From: Pelomyxa schiedti
Taxonomy: Eukaryota > Protista > Evosea
Assembly (NCBI GenBank): GCA_020536535.1
Contig: JAHLWZ010000850.1
Coordinates: 11,186 to 75,185 of the forward strand
Reading direction: 5' to 3'
DNA: 64,000 nt
Of the stretch, positions 1-12,100 are shown in pieces (positions within the stretch are counted from its first letter, which is position 1; each line of letters opens with the position of its first letter). Both the position numbers and the translations under genes were made by a program. A model generated the notes under the pieces. That model was not told where the DNA came from. It did not search any database and worked only from the letters and a program-made list of their open reading frames with translations.

Positions 1-550
1 CAGATATGGGAACACAGTGCGGAGACTAGATCTTGGGTTTCCTATGCCGACCTGGATTCCGGTACTGATGGGACCAATGATATAGCGTGGGCACCTTCAC
101 TTGGGAGGTGACTAATTCTGTTACATTTTGCCACTGAAAAACTGCTAAAGTTATATCCTAGATCGTATTACCTCATTGCTGTCGCACCGAAACGGGGTGT
201 CACCAAACACGTGCGATTGTACCGATTGACCAGAGACGCAGGGCCAAACAAATACAACCTTCAGGAGCTATCCCTTCCTCCACCACCCCACGCCCTTGAA
301 CTAGAGTCCGTTCATGACCAACAACCACACCACCCTCTGCCTAGCACACAATCCTCAAAGCTAGTATCGGTAGCCTTCTTTCTCTTATCATAGCAAAATC
401 TAATCACAGTGTGCCATACAGGTACGTCGATTGGAGTGGAATATTACCGGCACTGTGCTAGCAGCATCTTTCGACGACGGAACCATTATTTTGTGGAAAC
501 AAGCACTAACAGGAGACTGGATTGTGGTCAGTGTTTCCACCCAGGAATAA
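1..550 (+). CDS. SEH1: WD40 nucleoporin Seh1 (Sec13/Seh1 family), 3' part, spliced, 5'-truncated by the window edge
   Basis: Spliced translation gives ...TNDIAWAPSLGR|SYYLIAVA... and VRRLEWNITGTVLAASFDDGTIILWKQALTGDW, matching the last WD repeats of Seh1 (AWAPNxGRS; WNITGTVLASSGDDG). Stop TAA at 548-550. Confidence 0.8.
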
Positions 551-665
551 ATGAAAGATTTCTTTTCATTTTTGCGTTTGAAATCTTTTCTTTTTGTAAT
601 GGTAAAGAACAAAATGGACAAGGTCCGGTTGGATTTTGTTTCCCTATAAAAGCTCTATTTAGCCA

Positions 666-1344
666 TTACTCAGACTTCTTCTTCCCTAATCTCTTCTCCT
701 GTCTGGCCGCAAAGGCTTTTTTGGTGTTCTTGGCAACTGGTCTGCAACCCTCACGGAAATCATTGTGGAATTTAACTCTCACTTGCCTGGGTAAAAAGTA
801 AGGGATTTGGAGGGCAAGAAAAGGAGGTCTCACTTGAGGTAGCGCATTCTTCCTGTTCCGGTTGTGCGGCGGCGGAGTGCCTTGTGGCTCCAGTGATCTA
901 TGTTTTAAAGGTGTGAAATTTTGTGCCAAGGGGGGGATGGTAGAGATAGTGTTTTGTGGGTTTGGTTATTTATTGTGTTGGGGTGTCATATTTTTGGTGA
1001 AGTGGAGCAAGGGTTAGGGCGTGCTTGTGTAATTTTGGGAAAAAGGAGGTGACATACATTTGCGCATTCTGGCGGCGGGGTAGCCACATGACGCGCACTT
1101 GTTGTGCTGAATGTGGAAGGAGCGTCTTCCACATCTGAGGCACAATCTGTGTGTTTTGTTGTGTCGTTTACCGAAGCTAGGTGTGCCCTTGCCCTGTTTT
1201 CAAGGTGTCATACTTCCGCAAGAAGAGAAATTAACAAACGCGACAAAAAAAAACTTCACGTAGGTGACGACGCAGCGGGGAAAAAAAAAGCCCAACACGA
1301 CAGCGATAACAACACACTCAACAACAGCTACGAGATCTCACCAT
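666..1344 (-). CDS. RPL37: 60S ribosomal protein L37 (eL37), 4 exons
   Basis: Exons 1344-1342 (ATG), 1193-1058, 897-834 and 786-666 give [81 protein letters not shown]..., with the CxxC...CxxC zinc finger. All introns are GT-AG. Confidence 0.97.
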
Positions 1345-1554
1345 TTTATGAACCACGCGAAGAAAGGGGTGACGGCGGGGATGCCGGGTAGTGAACGAGA
1401 CGCAAAAAACGAAATTTAATTTCGGGAAGACGATGGAGAGCAAAAAATTCTAATAAAGAAGACGTCAGTTGCCACAACTGTTCAAAATTTTTCCACCAAT
1501 TTTCTATCGTTCTAATTTCTATCAGCCAGAGATAGGAAAAACTTTTCGTTTCTT

Positions 1555-4500
1555 TCAATTAAAAATGGATAACGGGTGTGCCTCTGTGTTGAACACGTAT
1601 TTATCAAGTGGAATGAGGTCGTCTGGCGAATACAACAAGTACAGGTACTGCAATGAGTTGTGGGTGAGTGTTGGTAATACCAAGCAAAAAGGAATTACCT
1701 TGAGTGTTTCTGCCAGGAAATAGCTTGGTTGGGAGTCATCCTTGACAAACTTGCCATCAACTACATTGAGAATCCCACTGTAGCCTCCACCCGCGCACTT
1801 ACAGTGTTTGTCGATTGCCAACCAGAGATCCCAGCCCCAATCTGTGTTGAGTTTTAATATTAGAAGTTAGGGTTTGGGCTGAGTACAGTTTACCTTGATA
1901 AATCGGATCATGTGTCAGCCTCCATAAAATAAACATACTCTCCAGTGTTTCTATCAGAATGTGCTATGAGCTCCGACGAATAAAACTGCAGAAATACCTG
2001 GCCTAAGAAGAAAATGCTTTGCGCCAGCAACAAAGTCAGAGCCGTCAACAAAATTCACAAATTCGGGTGCCAACCCTGGACGGAGGTTAGCTCATTATTC
2101 TGGAGGGTTTGACGGGCCTGAAGGCATTCGCGTCCACATTTCATAACAAGTTCGGGTAATTTCCTTTGCAAGATGCATGTGCAGCTCGCTATCCCTATTT
2201 GGGTGCTGTGTTGAGTTGTATCTGGAGGCTCCCATTGCAAACATTGCTCCAGCAAAGCACGCCTGCATTGCCACAGTTGTTATTGAATAGGTAGTTAAGA
2301 AGCAGATTTCTACGCATACAAGTTCATCCATTTTCGGAACCGCGTGATTGTTGTCGTACTCACTCAAGTAGGTGAGCTTACTTGGAGAAGAAACTTTGAC
2401 AAGATGCTCCACAACACTTTTCATAGCTTCATCGTAGTATTCTCGATATTTTGCTCCCTCAGTTCCTGGACCACTGAGAGGTGTAAATGTGGAGAAAAAA
2501 GGAAATTGTGTACCCAAAAAGAAGCCACATCTTCATGAGGTATTCATAAAAACTATCGCCAAGAGCCCCCAGAGAAACAACAGCTGCAACCGGTAAAAAA
2601 AAACAGAGAAACAGAGGGAAGATTCACATGAGGAAAACTGTCCAGTGCTTGGGTGAATGTACACAGGATATAACCCTTTGTTCTTTGTGGCTGCAACAAG
2701 CTGGTCAATTACTTGCAAAGCCTGTAGTCCTGAAAGAATTATACCAGGTGAAGGAAAGGCGAGGAAAGGGAAATAAAGAATGGGAGTGCCAAAGAAAAAA
2801 GTTTTTCATACTTTCTCCTCAAGTTCTGGGTCGTTAACGTGCCGTGCCAAATAGGTAAATTCTAGTTGAACTGTTCCAACTTCAGAAAGAATAGAGCACC
2901 CCCCACTCCATGAAGGATTCGTTGCTACAGCTCTTTTTGTTGGTTGAGTAGGTTTTTTTCTTCTTGAGGAGCACACACGTTCCAAGGTTGATTGTGGTTT
3001 TTGGGATTCCAGTGGGTGTTTCAAATCCATGGAGTAAGATACGAGCCAAAGTGTGTGCTTTCTCTAGAAACATTTTATCTTTGCTCAAGTCATAAGCACT
3101 CAGGAGACCCCCAACAGTCCGTATTGTGGTCTCAAATATAGAAACATCTACATGCTAGAGTTGCTTTGGTAAGGTAATCACCACTTTCTGTGCAGACCTG
3201 CTGAAAATTGAGGGAATCAGCCACCCAGTCACGTGCTTTTTGGAATTCATCGTAAAGTTCCATTATGAAAAGAGTGTCAAGTGCATCAACCATTGTGAGA
3301 CCGAGATCTGCGAAGATAAGAGAAAGACATTGCCAGGTGTTACACACGAAGCCAATCATTCCCCTCACGGGCAACTGGTCTAAGGTCATCCTTACCCCAG
3401 GCATATTTTGTATAGCCGCCCCAAGCATAAATCATAGCCTGATGAGGATGTGAGGCTTGCTAAATTTTACCAATTACGCACTTGACGAATGGCATCTCTA
3501 CGCTCCTTTATGATAGCTTTCCTTTCATTGAGAGCTTGTTGGTCAACAGGTGATGACAAAGGAAGGACAGTTCCATTACTCGCAGGACTCGACGGAATAA
3601 CTGACAATGAAAGGTGTCCTGGGATGAGCACTCCAGTTTGGGGCACTAGAAGAAAGTTGGGTCAAGTAGCAAGAAAAAGAAGGATGTCACATGATTCATA
3701 AGGCAGGCTGGTGAGTTTCACCACTAAGTAAAGGCAGAAAACGATGAAAATGAGTCCCACAAAAAGGCAGGCCGTATTGGCACTCTTTCCGCGAGTCTTC
3801 AAAGGAGCCACAAAAGATGGGCACCTTGATCTCCGCGTTTTTCTTTTGTGACTTCTGCCAATACCTGCTGGCAGTGGCAACTGTTTTGCCGTCTTTCCTG
3901 CAATTTTGTTTCGAAGCAAACGTCAGGTAACGCAGTGCGTTGGCAAGATCGCCGTACCCTTGTCGTCACTGGAATCGTCTGCCGAAGACACGTCGCTTTC
4001 GTGGTACTGGGACATTCTTTTCAAGTCAAAAGCAAAAATCTGGTTTTTTTTCCTTCCCTTTTTGAGATGTCAAACAGTGACACCTGCGCAGGGGATTTAC
4101 TCCCGAATTGCCAATAAACCCCTCAATTCCAATCCAGCACACGCTCCCAATCTACAATCTCCAATCAATCACCCGCAATCCCCAGTTGCACTCCCACTCC
4201 CCTCCCTCAGTCTTTTTGCTTGGCCGGGGCCTCAGGAATGACTTGGTCGGGCACCTCAGCACGAGATGCCATCATGCTGACGGGCAGGACGTAGTCATCA
4301 GGCTCAACTGGGGGAGGTTCCGCTTCTGGAACGAATTCGTCGCCCCAGGTCGTCGTTTCTGCAGCGTCGGGAATCGGCCTCACGCCCGTGGTCCTCTCAA
4401 GGTCCTCGTCAATATGGGAACTGCAGGCGTTGTGAATTTTAGATGGTTTTGGGTGACCTTTTAATGAGTTTGCTTCGTTTATTTGTATAGTATTTTGTTG

Positions 4501-4635
4501 TGCTTGAGTGTTTGGGACGCACACTACGTCGCTGTAGTTGACGTCGCCCTTTGGCCTAAAATCGTACTCGCTAACAACATCAGCGTTCGTCACCGCTACA
4601 GGCTTCACACCTTCGCTCTTCTTCTCCGTGGCCAT
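1555..4635 (-). CDS. Class I alpha-1,2-mannosidase (GH47), type II membrane protein, multi-exon
   Basis: C-terminal motifs [11 protein letters not shown]|YLYLL...[29 protein letters not shown]-like [13 protein letters not shown] and [11 protein letters not shown]-terminal hydrophobic segment [18 protein letters not shown] follows an acidic cytosolic tail starting MATEKKSEG. Confidence 0.92.
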
Positions 4636-4776
4636 CGTGTCTCAAACAAACTCGCTATGACAAGGGTCAACTTTTTCCTTGTGTAGTACCCATCGTGCAT
4701 CACCATTGGTCATCCCCGTCGTTCCGTTTTTTCGTTTTTTTTTCCCCCTGTTCGCAACGCGAAAAACCGCAAACGA

Positions 4777-6613
4777 ATGGCAGCAACTGCCTCAGACTCT
4801 TCCAACACCAACACCACGCCCTCTGCTGCCTCCTGCTCCCTCCCACAAGAGCCGGGGGGCGGCGGCCCTGCCTCGCCCTCCCCCTCTGCCTCTGCCTCCG
4901 CGTCCTTGTCTGCAACCCCGTCTCCTGCACCCCCTGCGGTGCTGCTGCTGCTCCCAGAGGCGTACGTGGGGTGCATGGTGCTTGGGGCCGTGGGCGACGC
5001 CCTGGGGTACTACGGGGGCCGCTGGGAGTTCATGAAGTCGGGGGCCCAGATACACGCGGAGCTCAGCGAGATGACTCGCGGGGCGGGCGTCCCGGCCCTG
5101 GCTCTGTACGGAAGGGACTGGAGGGTGTCTGACGGTTTGTGCCTTGTGTGAGTGTGGGGTCGGTGGCTTCTGCATTATGGGATGGGAGCCACTGTTTCAA
5201 TTGGGGATTGTGACTTTGTGGGGGTTGTTTTTTGTGTGGCTTCCTCCTATTGTTTCCTTGCCATGATTTCACTATGATTTTTTTTTTGGGCTGTGGAAAT
5301 AGATACTGTGATGCACTTAGCCACAGCTGAGGCTTTGGCCACTGGGGCTGAGGGGAATGAGTTGTATCAATGTATTGCTGCACGCTATGTTGTTTGCTGG
5401 AAAGATATGGGTGGGAGAGCACCAGGTGCGAGCCTTCTGAAGTTTTGCACTTATTACTACTTATTTTGTTATGTGATATGTGGCAAGTTGTAAAGCTTAT
5501 ATTTCAGGCATGTCGTGCCTTACCGGCGTGAAAAGATTACTTGCAGATGGGTCCAACTGGGCGGAATCCGCTTTCAACCCAACTGCTGGAGGTCTCCTCC
5601 CCTCCTTCCTCTCAGCTATAGGCTTATTCCTGCCAGGTTGTGGCGCTGCCATGAGAGCCATGTGCATTGGACTTAAATATCCTCTTGCTTCACAACTGCA
5701 GTCTCTTGTAGCATGCGCTGTAGAGAGTGGTCGTATTACTCACCACAGCCCATCAGGGTATCTTGGCGCGGTTGCAGCAGCGGTATTCACAGGTAATCCA
5801 GACAGTCTTCACTGAAATTTAACCTTTCCAAGCCTACGCCATTCAAAAAGTACCAGTCATAGATTGGGGTTGGAAACTACTTGAAGAAGTTATCCCTGTT
5901 GCTAAGGAACATATCGTGTAAATTTACTTTGCTAGTCTGTGATGTTCATCTTGGTACCAGAAATTCTCGACGGTCAGTGGAACGAAACTTGGCCTTGTTC
6001 GGATATTTCCAAAAAAAGTGGAGTGATTACCTTGAATTGAGATGCATTACAAAAGCCAACAAGACTGGACCCACTTTCCCTGCAAAGTGGGGTGTTGAGG
6101 AAAGAGACTACTTCTACCAGTCTGTGTCCTACAGTGGCTGGGGTGGCTCCAGGTTTCCATCCCTTTTCCTTTTTCCAGTTTTCTTGCTTGCTTTCTTGCT
6201 TGTTTGTTTTACTGGGTTTTGACCGTTGACCAAGAAATAACTGTTAGTGGCCATGATGCCCCCTTGATTGCCTATGATTCCTTGCTGTGGGCAAAAGATA
6301 ACTGGGAGCAATTGTGTTTAGCCGGCATGCTTCATGGAGGTGACAGTGACTCCACAGGTTTGACTCCCCACTTTTTACCCTCATAAGAAAAAAAAAACCC
6401 ATCCCAAAAAAAGGAACTATAGCCGGAGCTCTTTGGGGAGCCGTTTATGGCCTTTCGAAAGTGCCCGAACGGAACTATATGTATGTTGAATATGTTGACA
6501 GAGCTGCCTCTTTGGCTCTTGAAATAGGCCGGGCCTCTCACCCAGACTTTGCTGCACAGGAGGCCCTTATGCCTGGAAACATGTCTCTCAGACCAACACT
6601 ACATGGAATTTAA
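4777..6613 (+). CDS. ADP-ribosylglycohydrolase, ARH1/ADP-ribosylarginine hydrolase-like
   Basis: [28 protein letters not shown]|[41 protein letters not shown]|[10 protein letters not shown] and HGGDSDSTG|[12 protein letters not shown] match ARH1 including the Mg-binding SDDT and DSDS motifs. Stop TAA at 6611-6613. Confidence 0.92.
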
Positions 6614-6710
6614 ATTATGTATCAAACAAACCAACGGAAACATAACCTCAAAATGGTGTTTTTTTATGTTGTTTTTCGTCAAACTTAAACAATTGGGTGG
6701 TGTGCTCCCT

Positions 6711-8756
6711 TTAGAAAATTATCTTCATGAGAAGCAGAGCAATGATAAGCACGATGAGGGACTGCAGGAAACAGGTGAGTACCTGGAAACAAAAGAAGTA
6801 ACATACGATAACAGCAGGGCGCAGAGTAATAACTCTCATGTTAAGAGGTGCTGGAAGGACAAATAGCTTGTTCCATCGGCGTATGACATCACACTCCAGC
6901 GGCGGAATGTACTCACCTGGGCCATAGACAAACCAGCGCGTGCCGGGTTTGCGGTGAAGAACCTGTTGGCGAGCCGGGCGTGATGATGCAGTGGTACTGT
7001 GTGATGGAACTACAGCACTGGCGCCTCCTCCAACCCTGAATCCAAAACCACCAAAGTTAAACCCTCCACACAGTCTAATATTTCGGTCATCAAATTCCTC
7101 CTTGCAAATGAGCTCTAGAGCTTCTTCTTCTCCTGTTCTTTGGTGAGCACATAAAAAAAACGGGGGCGGGGGCGCGGGGGGTGGGGGTTAACGTACCGAG
7201 CACGTAAATCTCTCGCACGCCACCCTCTAGTTGCTCTCCAGGTTGGAGGAAGAAAGTCTGTTCACCCAGTAGAATTTTACGGCATCCAAAGTGCTGAACA
7301 CCAGTTTCATCATAGTAATCGCGGATGATACTAAATTTGTTCGGATTTGATTGAGATATATTAAAAGTACCAGTATTGACGGGATGTGAGAGTTGTAATA
7401 TTCACTGTAGTAACAACCTCCTCACCAACGTCTGGGATATAACTTTCCGCATCCTTCATGGTGACAAGCCATTCTTCACCCTTTTTATGGTATTTTCTGA
7501 AGCGATCCTCAAAACTTAGGCGTGCCCGGAGTTGGAGCGCAGTTTTTGGTGTAAGTACAATGGCCTAGAATGATGAGACTTTACTCTCTTAGGATTAGGA
7601 AAATAACGTCTACTTGCCTTTACTGTGTCTACAACACGTTCCTCTACATCAGGCATATAGGCCTGAAGAATTGTTAAGAGTGAAACAAAAGTAATTCTCG
7701 TACTCCTTCTGCTCGGACAAGCCACTGTTCTCCAGCTTTGCGTGGTGTACCATTGCAGTCAATACAAGCGCGGTTTGCTAGGTGGTGTGGGTCGATTTAT
7801 GAGTGGAATAATGCAAGCACCTGCAAGTTTAAGAGCTGTATCTGGAAGAATAATATGGGCCTAAGAGCTTGAGAAAAATGAAACAAAAACTGTGAGCCTA
7901 CCTTCCTTGTTTCCACAACTTCCACTTCAACACGGGGCTGTAGAGTTTTAAATGAATTACAGGGATAGGTTGCCACTGACCTTGTAGGTGGCGGGCCCCA
8001 TAAATAGCCACTCTTCCCCAGCTTTTCTCTTCACTTGCATTACTTTTGTTGTTGGTGACGTGGCAGTTGAGAGGGTCGGAGTTGAGCTAGTGTTTCCTTC
8101 CACTTTCCCTGGGTTGACAGGTATTTCTACTGTTTCCTCAAAATCCAGATGTGCATGCAAGCGCAGTGCAGTGTTCGGGGCAACGACTTGGAAAGGGGTA
8201 ATTGGGCTCTATTTGATCGCCGATTAATCAAGTGACAACCAAGTCAGAGGCGTACAAGCAAGGCTTCCCCTGGGAACAAGGGGAAAGGATCCTCCTGCTC
8301 AAATCGAATCTCCAAGTCACCGTGTCTCAGTTGAGCTTGACCATCTTTGTCAACCACAACATTATGTTTCTGATCACGAATAACAGGGTTTTTTACAATG
8401 CAATAGTTGCGAGGAGGAATGATCAGCATCTCCTTGGGTCCTGGCGAAAAATACAGGTATTGATATCAGAAAAAAACCGAAACGAAACAAGTAATGGGCA
8501 AAAGAAGGAGCTATTCAAACCTAGGATTACACGTTCGTGTTCCCTACATAAAAATGTCTTGGGACCCACTTCAAGCCGTGTGACGAGCGTGTTCACATCC
8601 AATACATGAAGATAATGAAACGGTGCTACCTGTTTGTTTTGTTGTTTTTTTTGTTGTTGTTTGTTTGTTTGTTTGTGTGAAAACCGTATCTGGTATTTAT
8701 TAATACAGGTGAATCGTGACCAAGCACACCTTGATGAGACACGTGCGCCTGGACAT
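6711..8756 (-). CDS. Major vault protein-like protein: repeats R1-R7 only, plus a C-terminal hydrophobic anchor
   Basis: Spliced translation: MSRRTCLIK|VAPFHYLHVLDVNTLVTRLEVGPKTF; LRHGDLEIRFEQEDPFPLFPGE; AGEEWLFMGPATY; GEQWLVRAEG; GEEWLVTMKDAESYIPDVGEEVV; EQTFFLQPGEQLEGG; PGTRWFVYGPGEYIPPLECDV. It then ends ...SLIVLIIALLLMKIIF* with the stop at 6713-6711. Confidence 0.88.
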
Positions 8757-8799
8757 GCTTTCTTTTGTTTTTTTGTGCAGAATACCAGAATCCGCTTGG

Positions 8800-9020
8800 C
8801 GGTTTAATCGGCCTGTTCTGAATTTTTTCTAAAGAAGGATTGAGGAGATCCTCAGGGGCAGTTCCCCCCGGAGAGTCTTGGGCTGATCCAAAGGTGATGG
8901 CTACCTCCCACTGAGACGGCGATTGCCTTTTCCTTGAGGATATCAGAAATCTCAATCTGATGATCGGGACATCTGTACATGTCCACCATCAAAATAACCT
9001 TCCTTGTTGTTTTTTAACTG
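8800..9020 (+). ncRNA. Candidate box C/D snoRNA cluster (tentative)
   Basis: CUGA boxes at 8818, 8883, 8911, 8957 and 9017; UGAGGA at 8841 and 8935; GUGAUGG at 8894; UGAUGA at 8958. GGCCUGUU-CUGA resembles the U25/snR56-type guide, and CUACCUCCC-A-CUGA is complementary to conserved 18S GGGAGGUAG. No clean canonical box C precedes the first guide. Confidence 0.35.
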
Positions 9021-9131
9021 AAAAACAATTTCTTTTCGGCTGAGAGCCGGCCCCGGCGTGCCCTGAACAAGACTGACAAAAGATTCACAATTACAAAAAA
9101 AAAAACAAAAAGAAAGAGGCGCGTTTGTGCT

Positions 9132-12100
9132 ATGAGCAGTAGCAATGGCGATTCACCAAGGTCGATACACATAAGATCGGCCAGTGTTTCTGCGGTTACG
9201 ACAAGATCTCCGTCTCCAACACCGCCAACGAGGTTAGCGGCGTACGGTTTGGCGAACGGCGCGTGTCACATTCCGATTTCTGCTTCGGGGTCAACGTCCT
9301 CGCCTTCCTTGCTTTCGCCTGGTTTGGCAAGCGAGTTGAGACTTCGCAGTCACAGTGTGATGATGGGCGCATTCGTGCCTGGCAGGGGTGACGTTATGGC
9401 ACCTGTTGCCCAATCTGGTATTAGAACAAGTGGCGAAAACTGCACGTCAGCCCCCCGTGTTGGGTTGATGGAATCAGCAATACCCTTGGCAAAGGATTTA
9501 GTTGTGACTAGCCAGCTGCTTGCCAAATCTGTTACTGGGGAGGTACGGCAAAACTTTTTTTGCTTGGAACTTTTTTCTTGCTAACTAAAACAAAAAGGAA
9601 CGATGTGAATCGGAGGGAACAATTTTGACATTGGCTAAAGACGTCGCATCCCGTGCTCGGGCGATTGAGGAATTGGTTATGTCCCACCTTTCCCAACAAA
9701 CAGTGGGTGAATCACCACTTTGGTCTCAACTTAAGGAAGCTTTGACTAAGGTTTCTAAATCAATGCAAATCCCACCCATTACTCACTCAAAACTATTCCT
9801 GTAAAATGGTTGATTTTTACAAGGTTCAAGCAGCAGTTTTGTCACTCATAAGTGCTGTGAAGGCTGCTTTTTTGAATCCTTTTGATTTGCAGGCATCACA
9901 AAATGTTTTTACAGCCTGCAAGCACATAGCTAAATCCGTGAAAAAGGTTCGTCTCTTTGTCCTCCACTGAGACCTAATCCAGTCAGTTTATGTCTTCTGT
10001 GTCTGTAGTGGAGAAGGCTGTTTGTAGTCCTGTCCTAACCGGACAAGAATCACAGCCACCCACCACAAATAGTGTACCCTCTGTGGCAACTGCGACAGAG
10101 CAAACTCCTGCCGCTGCAGTCGTGAGCACGATTTCTCGTTGTAATCTTACTCACTGTCATTCATACAGACGAAAGGTTCCATCGACGTGATTGCAGTTAC
10201 ACAAGATATTATCAAAGCATTCTTGACCTCACAGCAAGCTATTTCTGTGTGTTGGATTACCCTGGATGCACTCAAATAATTATCCTTAAAGAGTCAGGAT
10301 GAATCTCAATTTATAGAAGGCATACGGCTGCTTGTCAGAAGTTTTAACAAATTCATCGAATATTCTCACCTCCACCATCTTGATCACGCTCAGGTCTTTT
10401 ACTGATTCCACGTAGAAGAATAACCATATAAAAGAGACTGAGAAATATGGCCATGGTAATCGGGCAGCTTTCAAAATCTGCATTTAAATTTCCGTCGGAT
10501 CCAGTATATCAATCAAAGTTTATGCAAGGTATTTTGGATGCGATGGTGGCACTGACGGTTAGTTCCTGAAAGTGGTGAGAAAAAAGTGACTTCACAAAGG
10601 ACATACTTTCAGCAACTTGCTCTGCTACCCCTGAAGCTGCGGAGGCTCTGAAAATTCTTTCAAATGCTAAGACTGAACTTCTTCCAAACCACAGCCCAGA
10701 AACATGTGTGGTGCCCCTCACAAAACATTCTAATGATTGCTTTTAGCACCACAATTAAGCAAGCCGACTGATCCTCCAGTGCCCAAAATATTACTTGCTA
10801 GTGCCCGTTATGATCCGCTTGCTGCACAGCATATCATTCAACTTCTAACCTCTACGTTTCCACTGTTTAAGAAAGAGTGGGAGGAAGCTCCACCTTCACT
10901 TGTTGACTCCACTTTACGTTCCATTGAAAGAATGGTTTCACAGAGTTCCTCTGATGTTTTGAGGTGAATTGTGGCTTTGTCCTTGAGATGCAATAACTTT
11001 CATTTTAGGAAATCGCCAAGCGCCCCTGTTATCACGGGATTTTCTCAAAAAGTATCCATCCTTTTTATCTTAATCACCTCATCATGTGCTAGGGTTCCTC
11101 CACTGGGACATCTCAAAAAACCAAAGCTGTGAGTTATAGCTAACATTATTTTGCCTCTCATAATCGAAAAGGATAAAGTAGAGGAAGTACTTTCAATGCA
11201 CACACTTGCACCATCCCAATCCACTGTTTCTCTTGTTACCAAATCTGCTGTATGCAATAGTAATAATACTAAAAAATCTAACATTAACTTCACCAAGAAC
11301 GTATCCCCATCACCTTTCGTGGCCACTGAGTCTGCCTCTGTAATATCCAACTTACTTAAGGCAGTTTTACAGCAATCCAACATGCTTCTGCGGGGGGAGG
11401 TTTGCCTAATAAGTACTATCCTAACACTCACTCAACTCAGCGGGTATCCCGTATGGATTTAACAAAAAGTGTCGAGGAGTTTATGGCCAGTGTTTGCTCC
11501 CTTCTTGACGAAACATCATCCCATGGGAAAAGTCGAGCGTCTGCTATTGCAGCTCTCACAGCATCCAACAGTTCAGCCACATCATGGGACCCCACTCAAG
11601 GCCCTCAAAAATTAGACCTTCTTTTGGATCAACTTTGTTCTGCATCAATGCAATTAGCAGAGAAGATAAAGACACGCCCTGTGGAGTTGCGTTCCAATTT
11701 TAACAAACACAAGTAACGAGGCATAGAATTGATGAAGCCGCTGTAGCAGATTGTACGGGGAAAAACTCTAAACGAGTCGAAGAGCTATTACTGGGTCAGG
11801 TATACAGGTTTTCCAACTCGTTGAGGTAATCCACATCATGATGGGGTGCATCCTAAACAATCTCTAGGTTCTTCGTAATCCATCTATTTGGTGCACTAAG
11901 ATTGATCTCTGGGTCAGGTGGCACTAGTACTAGCACAGTGCCAATGTTAGCTGCTATGATGCAACTTGTTGCTGCTTGTCAATGTCTTCTCTCTGGATCA
12001 CAGACATTCCTGTGTCATGTTGGGACATTGCAGTGCATCACTTCAAGTAATTTTCCCCGAAACCATATTTGTTCTAATCCAAAAATTAGGAGATTCAGGG

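Noticed and set aside
8626-8955. 109-aa minus-strand ORF as an N-terminal extension of the MVP-like gene
   Set aside because: It starts at TTG and is in a different frame. ATG 8756 gives MSRRTCLIK|VAPFHY, which aligns with the normal MVP start.
8997-9020. U14-like element B (ACCUUCCUUG...CUGA)
   Set aside because: The guide is separated from CUGA by a T-rich insert, domain A is missing, and CCUUCCUUG also occurs by chance at ~48838.
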